Positions 52,600-64,000 of a DNA stretch of 64,000 bases are shown here, piece after piece (within the stretch, counting starts at the first letter, position 1; each line of letters begins with the position of its first letter). The notes below the pieces were generated by a model, which saw only the letters and a program-made list of their open reading frames with translations, was not told the DNA's origin and did no database searches. The position numbers and the translations under genes were made by a program. Source of the stretch: Isurus oxyrinchus (Eukaryota); NCBI GenBank assembly GCA_026770705.1, contig JANJGN010000026.1, positions 30,070,001 to 30,134,000 on the forward strand, read 5' to 3'.

Positions 52600-55115
52600 G
52601 ACAAGCTTCGTTGGAAAGGGCAGGGAGGCGGGGGGAAAAGTGCAAAGGGCCTGGGGGAAAGGGCAGGGAGGCGGGGGAAAAGTGCAAAGGGCCTGGGGGA
52701 AAGGGCAGGGAGGCGGGGGAAATGGCAGAGAGCCGGGGACGGTTGAGGGTGAAAGGTAGAGAGCTGGGGAAAAGGGCAGGGATCCAGCAAAAAATGCATC
52801 GGGATGGGGCAAAGGTCAGTGAGCAGGGGGAAAGGTCAGCAAGCTAGTGAAAAGGCAGAGAGGTGGGGAAGGTGGAAAGGGCAGAGAGGCGGGAGGGGGA
52901 AGGGCAGAGAGACGGGAGGGCAAAGAAGCAGAGGGATGGGACTGGCAGAGAGGCGACAGAAAGGGCAGAGAGGTGACAGAAAGGTCAGCGAGCTGGGGAA
53001 CGGGCAGAGAGCAAGTGAGAAAGGTCAGAGAGCCGGGGAAAAGCACAGAGAGCTGCGGGAGAAAAAGCCAAGAGATGGGGGGGCGCGGCAGAGAGGTTGG
53101 GGGGGGGGAGCACAGAGTGGCGGGAGGGGGAAAGGGCAGAGAGGCGGGAAGGGGAAAGGGCAGAGAGGCAGGAGGGCAGAAAGGTGGAGGAGTGACAATG
53201 CAGAGAAGCGGGGCATGGGATGGGCAGAGAGACGAGACGAAACAGCAGAGAGGTGGAAGGGCGAAAGGGCAGAGAGGCAGAAGGGTGACAGGGCAGAGAA
53301 GCGGGGGATGGAATGTTCAGAGAGGCGAGGAGAAATGGCAGAGAGGTGACAGGGGGAACGGACAGGAAGGTGGGTGGGGGAAAGGGCAGAGAGGTGGCAA
53401 GGGGAAAGGGCAGAGAGGTGGCAAGGGGAAAGGGCAGAGAGGGGGGAAGGGCAGAGAGGAGCGAGGGGGAAAAGGCGGGGGGGGGGGAAAGGGCAGAGAG
53501 GAGTGAGGGGGAAAGGGCAGAGAGGAGCGAGGGGGAAAGGGCAGAGAGGCGGGAGCAGGAAAGGGCAGAGAGGAGGGAGGGCAGAAAGGTGGTACGGGGA
53601 AAGGGCAGAGAGGTGGGTGGGGGACAGGGCAGAGAGGAGGGAAGGCAGAAAGGTGGTAGGGGGAAAGGGCAGAGAGGTGGCAGGGGGAAAGGGCAGAGAG
53701 GCGGGGGTTAAGGGCTGAGAGGTGGGAGGGGGAAAGGGCAGAGAGGTGGGAGGGGGAAAGGGCAGAGAGGTGAGAGGGGGAAAGGGCAGAGAGGCGGGAG
53801 GGGGGAAGGGCAGAGAGGCGGGAGGGGGGAAGGACAGAGAGGAGGGTGGGCAGAGAGGCAGAGGGGGGAAAGGGCAGAGATGTGAGGGGGAAAGTGCAGG
53901 GAGGATGCAGAGCAGAGAGGCAGAGAGGGGAAGGGCAGAGAGGAGGGTGGGCAGAGAGGCAGAGGGGGGAAAAGGCAGAGAGGTGGGAGGGAAGGGCAGA
54001 GAGGTGATGGAAAGGGCAGACAGTCAATGGAAAGGGCAGTGAGCTGGGGAAAGGGCAGAGAGACGATGGGGTAAGGGCAGAGAGGTGGGGTGTAAGGGCA
54101 GGGAGGCGGGAGGGAGAAAGGGCAGTGAGGCAAGAGGGGGAAAGGGCAGAGGTGGAAAGAGCAGAGAGGCGGGTGGGGGAAAGGTCAGGGAGGCGGGAGA
54201 GCAGAGAGGCAGAGGATGGAAAGGGCAGCGGGCCATGGGAATGGGCAAAGAACCAGTGGAAAAGGTCAGAAAGCTGGGCAAAAGCACAGAGAGCAGTGGA
54301 GTGTGCACAGAGAGCTGGGGGAGAAAGGGCAGAGAGATGATGGAGAAAGGGCAGAGAGGCAGGGGGAAGGGCAAAGAGGCAGGAGGGGGCAAGGGCAGAG
54401 AGGTGGTGGGTGTAAAGGGAAGAGAGGAGGCGGGAAAGGGCACAGATGCAGTAGGGGAAGAAGGCAAAGATGTGGGTGGGAAAGGGAAGAGAGGGAGGAA
54501 TGGGCACAGAGGTGGGAGGGGGAAAGGGCAGAGAGGTGGGGCACAGAAGCGGGGGGTGGGACGTGCAGAGAGACGGGAGGGGGAATTGTGCAGAGAGGAG
54601 GGAGGGGGAAAGGGCAGAGAGTCAGGAGGGGGAATTGTGCAGAGAGGCGGGAGGGGGAAAGGGCAGAGAGTCAGGAGGGGGAATTGTGCAGAGAGGCGGG
54701 AGGGGGAAAGGGCAGAGAGATGGGTGGGGGAAAGGGCAGGGAGGCGGGAGAGAGGAGAGGCAGAGAGGGGAAAGGGCAGAGAGGTGGAGGGCAGGAAAGG
54801 GCTGAGGGGGAAAGGTCACCGAGCCAGGGGAATGGTCAGCGAGCCAATGGAATGGGTCAGAGAGCCGGACAAAAGCAAATAGAGCCATAGAGTAAGTGCA
54901 GAGAGCTTGGGGAGAAAGGGCAGAGAGCTTGGGGAGAAAGGGCAGAGAGCTTGGGGAGAAAGGGCAGAGAGCTTGGGGAGAAAGGGCAGAGAGACGGGGG
55001 AGAAAGGGCAGAGAGCTGGGGTAGAAAGGGTAGAGAGGCGAAGGGGAAAGAGCAGAGAGGCGGAGGGTGGGGGAAGGGCTGAGAGCCGGGCTATAGCAGG
55101 GAGAGCCGGGCAAAA
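52600..55115 (+). repeat. G/purine-rich tandem tract (GGGAAAGGGCAGAGAGG core)
   Basis: Repeats about 20-25 bp long, almost no pyrimidines on +; several GAGCTGGGG and GAGCTTGGGG motifs. Confidence 0.95.
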
Positions 55116-55269
55116 GCAGTTGCGAGCGGAGGCACCAGATGCCCTGGGCTCCACTCTCTCTAACTCTCTCTCTCTCTCTCCCTCATTGTCTCTCCCCCTC
55201 CTGAAATCCTTTCCATTCCCGGGGAAAGGCTCTCACCTGCAGGCCAGTTAGCTTAACATCTATCCGAGC

Positions 55270-56640
55270 GAAAATGCTGGAATCGATTATTCAGGAATCT
55301 ATCATGGGTCACTTAGAAAATTCAAATGCAATTATGCAAACCCGTCATGGTTTTGTGAAAGGGAAATCATGTTTGGCTGACTTATTTGAGGCCTCTAGAG
55401 GAAGTAACAAGGAACATGAATAATGGAGAACCTGTGGGTGTGCTGTGTTTGGGCTTCCAGAAGGCATTTGACAAAGTGGCATATCAAAGATTACTGCACA
55501 ATATAATGGTGTCAGCAGTAATATTTTAGCATGGGTAGAAGTTTGGTTAGCTAACAGGAAACAGAGAGCAGGGATAAATTGGTTATTTTAGGTTGGCAAG
55601 ATGTGACAAGTGGAGTGCCACAGGGATCAATGCTGCAGCCTCAACTATTTACAATTTATATCAATGACTTGAATGAAAGGACTGAATGAATTTGCTAAAT
55701 TTGCTGATGACACAAAGACAGATAGGAAAGTAAATGGTGAAGAGGGGATAAAGGGTCAGCAATGGGATATCAATAGGTTAAGTGAGTGGGCAAAAAATGA
55801 CAGATGGAGTATAACGTGGGAAAAGATAAACTTGTCCACTTTGGCAGGAAGAATACAAAAGCAGCATATTATTGAAAGGGAGAGAGATTGCAGAACCCTG
55901 AGGTACAGAGGAATGTGGATCCCTTGGTGCATGAATCACAAAAAGTTATAATACAGGAACAGCAAGTGATGAGGAAGGCAAAGGAAATATTGGCATTTAT
56001 TATAAGGGGAATAGATATAAATGGAAGGATATTTTGTTACAGTTTAACGGGGCATCAATGAGACCTCTTCTGAATTACTGTGTACAGGTTTGGTCTCAAT
56101 TAGGAAAGGATATAAAAGCATTAGAAGTTGTTCAGAGAATGTTTATTCAAATGATACTGGGAGGTGTCATCGGATCTCTCATGAGGGAAGTTTGGATAGG
56201 CTGGGCCTGTATCGATTGGAGTTTAGAAGAATGAGAGCTGATTTTATTGAAACATATAAGATCCTGAGGGAAATTGACAGGGTGGATGTTGAAAGGATGT
56301 TTCCCCTTGTGAGAGAGACTAACGATAGGGAACACGGTTTAAAAATAAGAGGTCTCTCATTTCAGACGGAAATGAGGGGATTTTATTTTTTCTCTCAAAG
56401 ACTCATGAAATTTTGGAACTCCCTTCCCCAGGGAGCGATGGAGGAGGAGTCATTAATATTTCAAGGCAGAGGTAGAGAAATTCTTCATTGACAAGGGAGT
56501 CCAAGGTTAGCCGAGAGGAGGCGGGAATGTGGAGTTAACGCCACAATCAGATCATCTATGACCGGAGTGAATGGTGGAGGAGGCCCCAGAGGCCGAATGG
56601 CCTACTCCTGCTACTGATCCGCATGTTCATATGTACATAC
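55270..56640 (+). mobile_element. CR1-type LINE remnant in the J-C intron
   Basis: AKFADDTK and RRMRADFIETYKIL motifs. Confidence 0.9.
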
Positions 56641-57188
56641 GATTGGAAAATGTCGTACTTAACATAACTGGTATTCAATTTAGAGTTCTATGGCCATTAT
56701 ATAGGTACCATTACAAAGGTACTTTCGAAGGGCCATTGATATTCTTTGTTTTGGGGGGAAGTGGAGAGGGGAGGGGGCATCAGTCAGTTTGAACAGAGCT
56801 AATTTCCAAACTGCAATGATATAAATGATGAGACAAATTCTCTATCACCAAGTGCTGCTGATTGAGAAATAAATGATGCAAAAATAATGGGGAAGATGCT
56901 CTGCTCTTTCATTTTAATCCACTGAAAGGTACGTCATTCAGATGACATCAAAATGTTCTCTTTTAGTAATGGGATAGAGGCAGAAAAAGAGGTGTGGGTT
57001 TCTAAAGAGGGAACCGACAGGTGAGGGTCACCAAATGATGGAAATAATAAATGATCAAATGCAGATGTGGGTTTTAGTTGGAATATATTTGGATATGTTT
57101 ATAGTTATAGTTTAATTCAGAATTGTTTGGTTACTTAATGATCACAAATCACAGAGTCTAACTTGTTCAATCGGCCATTCTTTCCCAG

Positions 57189-57488
57189 AAACACCGTCTT
57201 CGCCCACTCTCTACAGCCTGGTCTCCTCCTGTCAGCAACACAACACCGATGGCTCCATCACCTACGGCTGTTTGGCGATGGACTACTCCCCAGAAATCAC
57301 CAACCTGACCTGGAAGAAAGATGGGCAGCAGATTACCATTGGATTTAAGACTTACCCGTCGGTGAGAAACCAGAAGGGAACCTTCACCCTGAGCAGCCAG
57401 TTAACCATCACCGAGTGAGAGGGGGAATGCAGCAAAATCAAGTGTTAGGTTCGACACAGCACCTCAGACAAGAGCATTGAAATGCAAT
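57189..57488 (+). pseudogene. IGHM: Cmu1 exon with two in-frame stops
   Basis: Acceptor TTTCCCAG; [15 protein letters not shown]...[21 protein letters not shown]...LTITE*EGECSKIKC*VRH. TGA at 57416, TAG at 57446, donor GTAAGT at 57489. Confidence 0.93.
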
Positions 57489-57702
57489 GTAAGTGTTGGG
57501 GAACCTGTGAGAAACAGAAAGGCTGTGATTGACCATTATAGGGCCTTGGTTGTAACGCATTTATAGTGCTCTGCATAGTTCTGATCCCTGAAAATTCCAG
57601 GTTAGTGTCCATTGACCGCAAAGAGCCTGTTAAAATATAAGAACTCATTGTATCTGTTGTCAATTTTTTCTGCAAGAAATGGCTAACCTGTGTTTCTTGA
57701 AG

Positions 57703-58017
57703 GTGCTGGATCTGGCTTACCTCCAACTGTTCTCCTCACCGTGAGTTCCAAGGAAGAAATCACAACCAACAAATTTGCAACCGCCGTCTGTTCAGTCATC
57801 GATTTCCGTCCGAAGCCAATCACTGTGAAGTGGCTGAAAAATGGACAACCCATGAATTCAGGAATTGTCACCTCTCCCGCCTTTGAAATGAACGGGAACT
57901 TCTCGGTGACCAGTCGGCTGAAAGTCTCCACTGGGGAATGGTTCAGCGACACAGTCTATACCTGTCAGGTCACTCACCAAGGGGTCACCCAAAGTCGAAA
58001 CGCCACCAAGTGTGACG
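57703..58017 (+). CDS. IGHM: Cmu2 exon (open frame; donor apparently mutated)
   Basis: [42 protein letters not shown]...[20 protein letters not shown]. The expected phase-1 donor position reads TTAAGA. Confidence 0.9.
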
Positions 58018-58318
58018 TTAAGAAATACAAACTGTGGAAGCAATAGAGCTTTCTGCACTCCGATGTTAATCAAATCAGGAATTTATTGGAGTTAGTAGAA
58101 AGCACGGAACAACTTCTAATTCTCTATCATATAGTTGGTGTTTCATTCCGATGTAATGGCTGCATTCGGATTGTTCACCATTCAGGATTTTATCACATCA
58201 CTTCTCTGCATTAATGTCACAGAGTGTGTGAGGTGGACTTGATATCAGCTTTACCTTGAGTCAGCTGATCAAATTTGGAGAGGCAGAAGGTGTCTGGAAC
58301 CCTTCACTGGTAACAGCT

Positions 58319-59024
58319 TTGGGATAGAGTGTTGGAAAGTGCACCCACCCTATTTATAAAACAGCTTTCAGTCCTGCATTCCAGGGCCCAGGAATGATGC
58401 ATTTGTATTGGGACTGGGGCAACGCAGATTCATGAGAATGTTACCACGGCTGAACAACTTAAATTATGAGAACATTTTACACAGACCAAGCTGGTTTTCC
58501 ATTGTGTAAAGAAGATTAAAAACGATAGTTAGAGGTTGATATGTCCAAGGTGATTTATTCTCCTTCAGGAAGTGAAAACTGAATACTGCTGTCCTGCTTC
58601 TGAAGGTGAAACTTTAGTTGATTTTCAATTCTGTCTCACAGGTCCCACTGCCACAACGATCCCATTGGGATCGATTGGGATAGAGTGTTGGAAAGTGCAC
58701 CCACCCTATTTATAAAGCAGCTTTCTGTACTGCATTCCAGGGCGCAGGAATGATGCATTTGTATTGGGACTGGGGCAACGCAGATTCATGAGAATGTTAC
58801 CAGGGCTGAACAACTTAAATTATGAGAACAATTTACACAGACCAAGCTGGTTTTCCATTGTGTAAAGAAGATTAAAAACGATAGTTAGAGGTTGATATGT
58901 CCAAGGTGATTTATTCTCCTTCAGGAAGTGAAGACTGAATACTGCTGTCCTGCTTCTGAAGGTGAAACTTTGGTTGATTTTCATTTCTGTCTCATAGATG
59001 ATTCCCACTGCCACAACGATCCCA
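58319..59024 (+). repeat. ~350-bp tandem duplication spanning the Cmu3 acceptor
   Basis: 58319-58664 is nearly identical to 58675-59024, with a 10-nt linker between them. Confidence 0.95.
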
Positions 59025-59309
59025 CAATTACTCTATTACCACCTCCAATAGAACAAGTCTTACTGGAGGCGACGGTGACCTTAACCTGCATCGTTTCTAA
59101 TGCTCCTTATGGAGTCCTCGTGTCCTGGACACAAGAGAAGAAGCCTTTGAAATCAGAGATCGCCGTCCAACCGGGAGAGGATCCCGACAGCGTGGTCAGC
59201 AACGTAAACATCTCGACACAAGCCTGGCTGAGTGGGGCTGAGTTCTACTGCGTGGTGAGCCATCAAGATCTGCCGACTCCTTTAAGAAGTTCCATCCACA
59301 AGGAACCAG
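58998..59309 (+). CDS. IGHM: Cmu3 exon (open)
   Basis: Acceptor CTCATAG; [43 protein letters not shown]...[22 protein letters not shown]; donor GT at 59310. Confidence 0.93.
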
Positions 59310-60020
59310 GTGTGCGGTGAGATTGAAGCAATAAGTAGTTCAGTGTGTCTATTTCCAGTGTAAGTGTCAGGATCAATATTTACTATTCAGTGTATTCATG
59401 GTCTACTCTGATTCGCAATTTCGCCAACTAAACGCCCTGGGCCTGTGGACGTTCAGGGGGGAATTGATAAGTAGATGAATGAATGAATTGAAGGCTGTGC
59501 CTTTGGGTTTAGATGAAGCAAGATGGGAGGAGCCTGGTGCGAAGCTGAAATAACAACATGAACCAGTTGGGCAGAATGGCCTGTTTCTGTGCTGTAAACT
59601 TTGGGAAACTTTCTCGTCCAACCCCATAAGTTCTCAGGGAAAAGGATTGTGCCACTTCTGCTCCGAGCTGGAAAACCGGACAAATCCCAAAGTATTTTAT
59701 TTATTAATTCATGGGATGTAGGCGTCGCTGCTGAGCCAGCGTTTATTGCCCATCCCTAATTGCCCTTGACAAGGTGGTGATGAGCTGCCTTCTTGAACCG
59801 CTGCAGTCCATGTGGTGTAGATACACCCACGGTGCTGTTAGGAAGGGAGTTCCAGGATTTTGATCCAGCTATAGTGAAGGATCGGTGATATATTTCCAAG
59901 AAGTGGATAATGAAAAACATTAATATTCATCACAAAACACGTTTCTCTCACATCTAACCATCGGTTTCATTGTCTACGAATGTATCCAGTTTATTGACAT
60001 TTATTGTACATTTTCTGCAG

Positions 60021-60374
60021 TTAAAGACCCGCGGGAACCGTCCGTGTCTGTCCTCCTGCCCTCGGCAGAAGATGTCTCCGCTCAGGGATTCGTCTCCCTC
60101 AGCTGATTAGTGACAGGTTTCTCCCCGCGAGAGATCTTCGTCAAGTGGACCGTCAATGACAAGCCGGTGGCTCCCGGAAACTACAAGAACACCGAGGTAG
60201 TGGCGGAGAACGGCAATCGCTCCTTCTTCATGTACAGCCTGTTATCCATTGCAGCGGAGGAGTGGGCCAGCGGCGCTTCTTACTCCTGTGTGGTGGGACA
60301 TGAAGCGATCCCCTTGAAGATCATCAACAGATCGGTTGATAAATCCAGCGGTAAACCGAGTTTTGTGAACATTT
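60021..60374 (+). pseudogene. IGHM: Cmu4 exon plus start of secretory tail; conserved Cys replaced by stop
   Basis: [41 protein letters not shown]... with TGA at 60104-60106. Internal membrane-form donor G|GTAAAC at 60351. Confidence 0.93.
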
Positions 60375-61384
60375 AGATAAAAACAGAAAAACTGCGGATG
60401 CTGGAAATCCAAAACAAAAACAGAATTACCTGGAAAAATTCAGCAGGTCTGGCAGCATCGGCGGAGAAGAAAAGAGTTGACGTTTCGAGTCCTCATGACC
60501 CTTCGACAGAACTTGATTTCGAGTCCAAGAAAGAGTTGAAATATAAGCTGGTTTAAGGTGTGTGTGTGGGGGGCGGAGAGATAGAGAGAGAGGTGGGGGG
60601 TGTGGTTGTGTGGACAAACAAGGAGTGATAGAAGCAGATCATCAAAAGATGTCAGTGACAATAGTACAATAGAACACATAGGTGTTAAAGTTAAAGTTGG
60701 TGATATTATCTAAACGAATGTGCTAATTAAGAATGGATGGTAGGGCACTCAAGGTATAGCTCTAGTGGGGGTGGAGGGAGCATAAAAGATTTTAAAATAT
60801 TTAAAAATAATGGAACAACACCTCATCTTCCGACTAGGCACCTTACAGCCTTCCGGACTGAATATTGAATTCAACAACTTTAGGTCGTGAGCTCCCTCCC
60901 CCATCCCCACCCCCTTTCTGTTTTCCCCCCCCTTTTTTTTCTTTTTTTCCCAATAAATTATATAGATTTTTCTTTTCCCACCTATTTCCATTATTTTTAA
61001 ATATTTTAAAATCTTTTATGCTCCCTCCACCCCCACTAGAGCTGTACCTTGAGTGCCTACCATCCATTCTTAATTAGCACATTCGTTTAGATAATATCAC
61101 CAACTTTAACTTTAACACCTATGTGTTCTATTGTACCATTGTCACTGATATCTTTTGATGATCTGCTTCTATCACTGCTTGTTTGTCCACACAACCACAC
61201 CCCCCACCTCTCTCTCTATCTCTCCGCCCCCCACACACACACCTTAAACCAACTTATAGTTCAACTCTTTCTTGGACTCGAAATCAAGTTCTGTCGAAGG
61301 GTCATGAGGACTCGAAACGTCAACTCTTTTCTTCTCCGCCGATGCTGCCAGACCTGCTGAGTTTTTCCAGGTAATTCTGTTTTT
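60375..61384. mobile_element. Head-to-head inverted Penelope insertion in the secretory tail with 15-bp TSD
   Basis: Minus pLTR at ~60375-60812 joined to plus ORF end and pLTR at ~60813-61384; TSD GTTTTGTGAACATTT at 60360-60374 and 61385-61399. Confidence 0.93.
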
Positions 61385-61470
61385 GTTTTGTGAACATTTC
61401 CCTTGCACTGATGGACACCGTTAATTCATGTCAATGAGAATCTCTCGGTTACATTTCAAACTTCAATAAA
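61385..61470 (+). pseudogene. IGHM: Displaced remainder of the IgM secretory tailpiece and poly(A) signal
   Basis: FVNISLALMDTVNSCQ* with stop at 61435-61437 and penultimate Cys; AATAAA at 61465-61470. Confidence 0.92.
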
Positions 61471-61879
61471 CAAATAATAAGGTCATTTTCTCCAATCGTG
61501 ATTTAAATACACAATCGTTTAAGTAATGTTGTTTTCCACTTTTGCTAATTTTAGACGTGTTTTGTTAAAATCGATACTCACAGGGCTCAGACCCAAGTCT
61601 TGTACATCCAGTGCTCCCAGCTCAGATACACCCTGGGTTAGAGACAGAGTAAAGCTCATTCATTACAGGATTCTGCAAAATAACTTCACCAGCTCTCCTC
61701 CCGCTGGGGAGAAATCTGACAATTTCTCATTTCCGATAAACAAACACAGCACATTTAGATCTCGGTGTTCCTGCTTCTCTTGTCGTCCATCCCTTTAAAG
61801 TGGATGTCAGCTTTAAGCTTCTGCACCACACCCACTGGGAACTGAAGTGAGGGTCATACAGAAATATGTCCCAACAATC

Positions 61880-62580
61880 CCCCATCAGAGAGAGGGGGAA
61901 GGGAAATTGTTACCTCACTGCACCTCCACCTCCCCAACAGAGAGAGGGGGAGCGGAAATTGTTAACCCACTGTACATCCACTTCCCCAACAGAGAGAGGG
62001 GGAAGGGAAATTGTTAACCACTGTACTCCCACTTTCCCAACGGAGAGAGGGGGAAGGGAAATTGCTAACTCACTGTACCTCCACTTCACCAACAGAGAGA
62101 GGGGGAGGGGAAATTGTTATCCACTGTACCCACTTCCCCAACGGAGAGAAGGGGGAGCGGAAATTGCTAACCCACTGTGCCCCGAATTCTCCAACAGAGA
62201 GAGGGGAAGGGGACATTGTTAAACCACTGCACCTTCACTTCCACAACAGCGGGTGGGGGGAATTGTTTAACCACTGTACCCCCACTTTCCCAACGGAAAG
62301 AGGGGAAGGCAAACTGATAACCCACTGTACCTCCACTTACCCGACAAAGAAAACAGAAAGGAAAATTTTAAGCCAATTTTACCTCCACTTGCTAAACAAA
62401 AAGACAAGGAAGGTCATTGGTTAACCCGGTGTGTCTCCACCTTCTCAGCAGAGAGAACCGAAAGGGTAATTGCTTAGACAACCAGACAGAGCAAAACTAT
62501 TAGCTCACTGGACCCTCACTCACCAAGCAGAGAATCTGGAAGGGAACGGGTCTCTACTATAAGGACTCAGTTACCAACAG
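61880..62580 (+). repeat. 52-bp minisatellite
   Basis: AACAGAGAGAGGGGGAAGGGAAATTGTTAACCCACTGTACCTCCACTTCCCC units, decaying 3'. Confidence 0.9.
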
Positions 62581-62979
62581 TCCAAGTCAACTTCTAGCTT
62601 ACTGGCCACATATTTTAAACTCCCATCATGCTTAGGATGTTGTAAAAACATCTATTTATGCAACATAACTTGAAGATGTTTTAACACTCTTGTCCCTGTT
62701 AAGCTTATGCTAAGATTGATTTCCCATCATCCAAATCTAAACTGGTGTTTGAATCCTCCTTGGGTTGTTCAAGGTTCTGTCCCTGAACTTTTATGAGGCA
62801 CATGGTTGATTGTTTTCTATTGTTCACCTGATATCACCTTGCATCTCACAGAAAACATGTTTATACACAGAATATTGAAAATATTCACCAAATTTTTCAC
62901 CGTCAAGGTCAGACTCGATCATTGATACCTGGTGAAATTTGGAAAAATAGTAAAAATACACAACTGACACAAATTGACA

Positions 62980-64000
62980 GACACAATCACGTGTACACAC
63001 ACACATAGACACAGACACACAGACACAAACACACACAGGTACAAGCAGGCACATGTACACCCACACATGCGCACCCACACAAACACAGGCAGACACCATA
63101 GACAAATACACACACATGTGCACACACACACAGACACACGCACACGCACACGCAATCACAAACACATGGACACAGACGCACAAACATACACAGACACACA
63201 CATACACACATAAACAAATACACACGCACAATCACACACATTCACAAATACACACACACAACCACACACATACAGAAATACACACACAGACACACTCGCT
63301 CACACACATATTCACAATCACACACACAAACAGGTAAAACCAGACAAGCAGACTCATACAAGGATACAAAGCACAAAAGTAACTTTTAGCATATGCATTA
63401 TCACACGTTCACAATGACAGAAATACAGACAGAAAGACACACACTATTGTACACATTAAATCAATGCATGGACATACATTAACACATGCACACACATGAG
63501 CAGACAACACCCAGATACAAAAACACAGAGGGACTGACTAACACATTCACAGACACCCATGTGGACACAAACATGAACATACTCATACACACTAGAACAC
63601 AAAAAACACAGGTTGGTCCATATGAAAATATAAACACGCATTGATACATAGTTCTAAATATCGATCAACACACAAATGCACACATTAAAAACTCTATCTC
63701 TCTCTCGTTGTGTCATACACACCCACACATACACACACACACACACAAATACACACACATACACACACAGACGCTGTGACACAGACATTAATATGCTGAC
63801 ACACAGTGAAACACAAAAAGAAACATTAACACTCATATTAGCAGGCAGGAACGTGTAAACACACATTAACACAGATAGTAATAAGTCAACATAGACAACA
63901 ATACACAAACACGAACAATAACACACTCATACATACACATTGGCAGAAAAACCAAATATACGTACAGACGCAGACACAAAAATACACAAATCAGCGCTCA
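62980..64000 (+). repeat. CA-rich degenerate microsatellite
   Basis: Direct inspection. Confidence 0.9.

Larger units (their letters stand above)
42310..61470 (+). pseudogene. IGHM: Cartilaginous-fish IgM heavy-chain cluster (L-VH-D1-D2-JH-Cmu1-4-sec), germline configuration, constant region pseudogenised
   Basis: Ordered segments with RSSs and splice sites. C exons translate to typical shark mu sequence (e.g. ...[38 protein letters not shown]). Several inactivating lesions in the C exons. Confidence 0.96.

Noticed and set aside
52487-55251. Long Gly/Arg/Glu- or Pro/Leu/Ser-rich ORFs
   Set aside because: Translation of a low-complexity purine tract, open in several frames.
61470-64000. IgM transmembrane exons
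   Set aside because: No W(T)TASTFI..F-like sequence found; probably beyond the window edge.

Overview
Eukaryotic, repeat-rich DNA from a cartilaginous fish (shark-like). The core is one germline IgM heavy-chain cluster on the + strand: leader, VH, D1, D2, JH, Cmu1-Cmu4 and secretory tail (42.3-61.5 kb). V, D and J and their RSSs look intact. The constant region is dead: two stops in Cmu1, a probable GT>TT donor in Cmu2, a duplicated frameshifted acceptor before Cmu3, Cys>stop in Cmu4, and a Penelope insertion in the secretory tailpiece. The window also holds many Penelope-like retroelements (RT plus GIY-YIG) with hammerhead-like motifs and head-to-head inversions, including a ~5.8 kb palindrome. 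Other content: CR1/RTE LINE and SINE remnants, a 27/54-bp satellite with higher-order duplication, a G-rich AGCT-containing tract and an SCD5-like fragment in the J-C intron. Tentatively, there are decayed non-rearranging VJ-type IgSF exons just upstream of VH, with a second diverged copy at 5-10.6 kb. All calls were made by eye; repeat boundaries are approximate.
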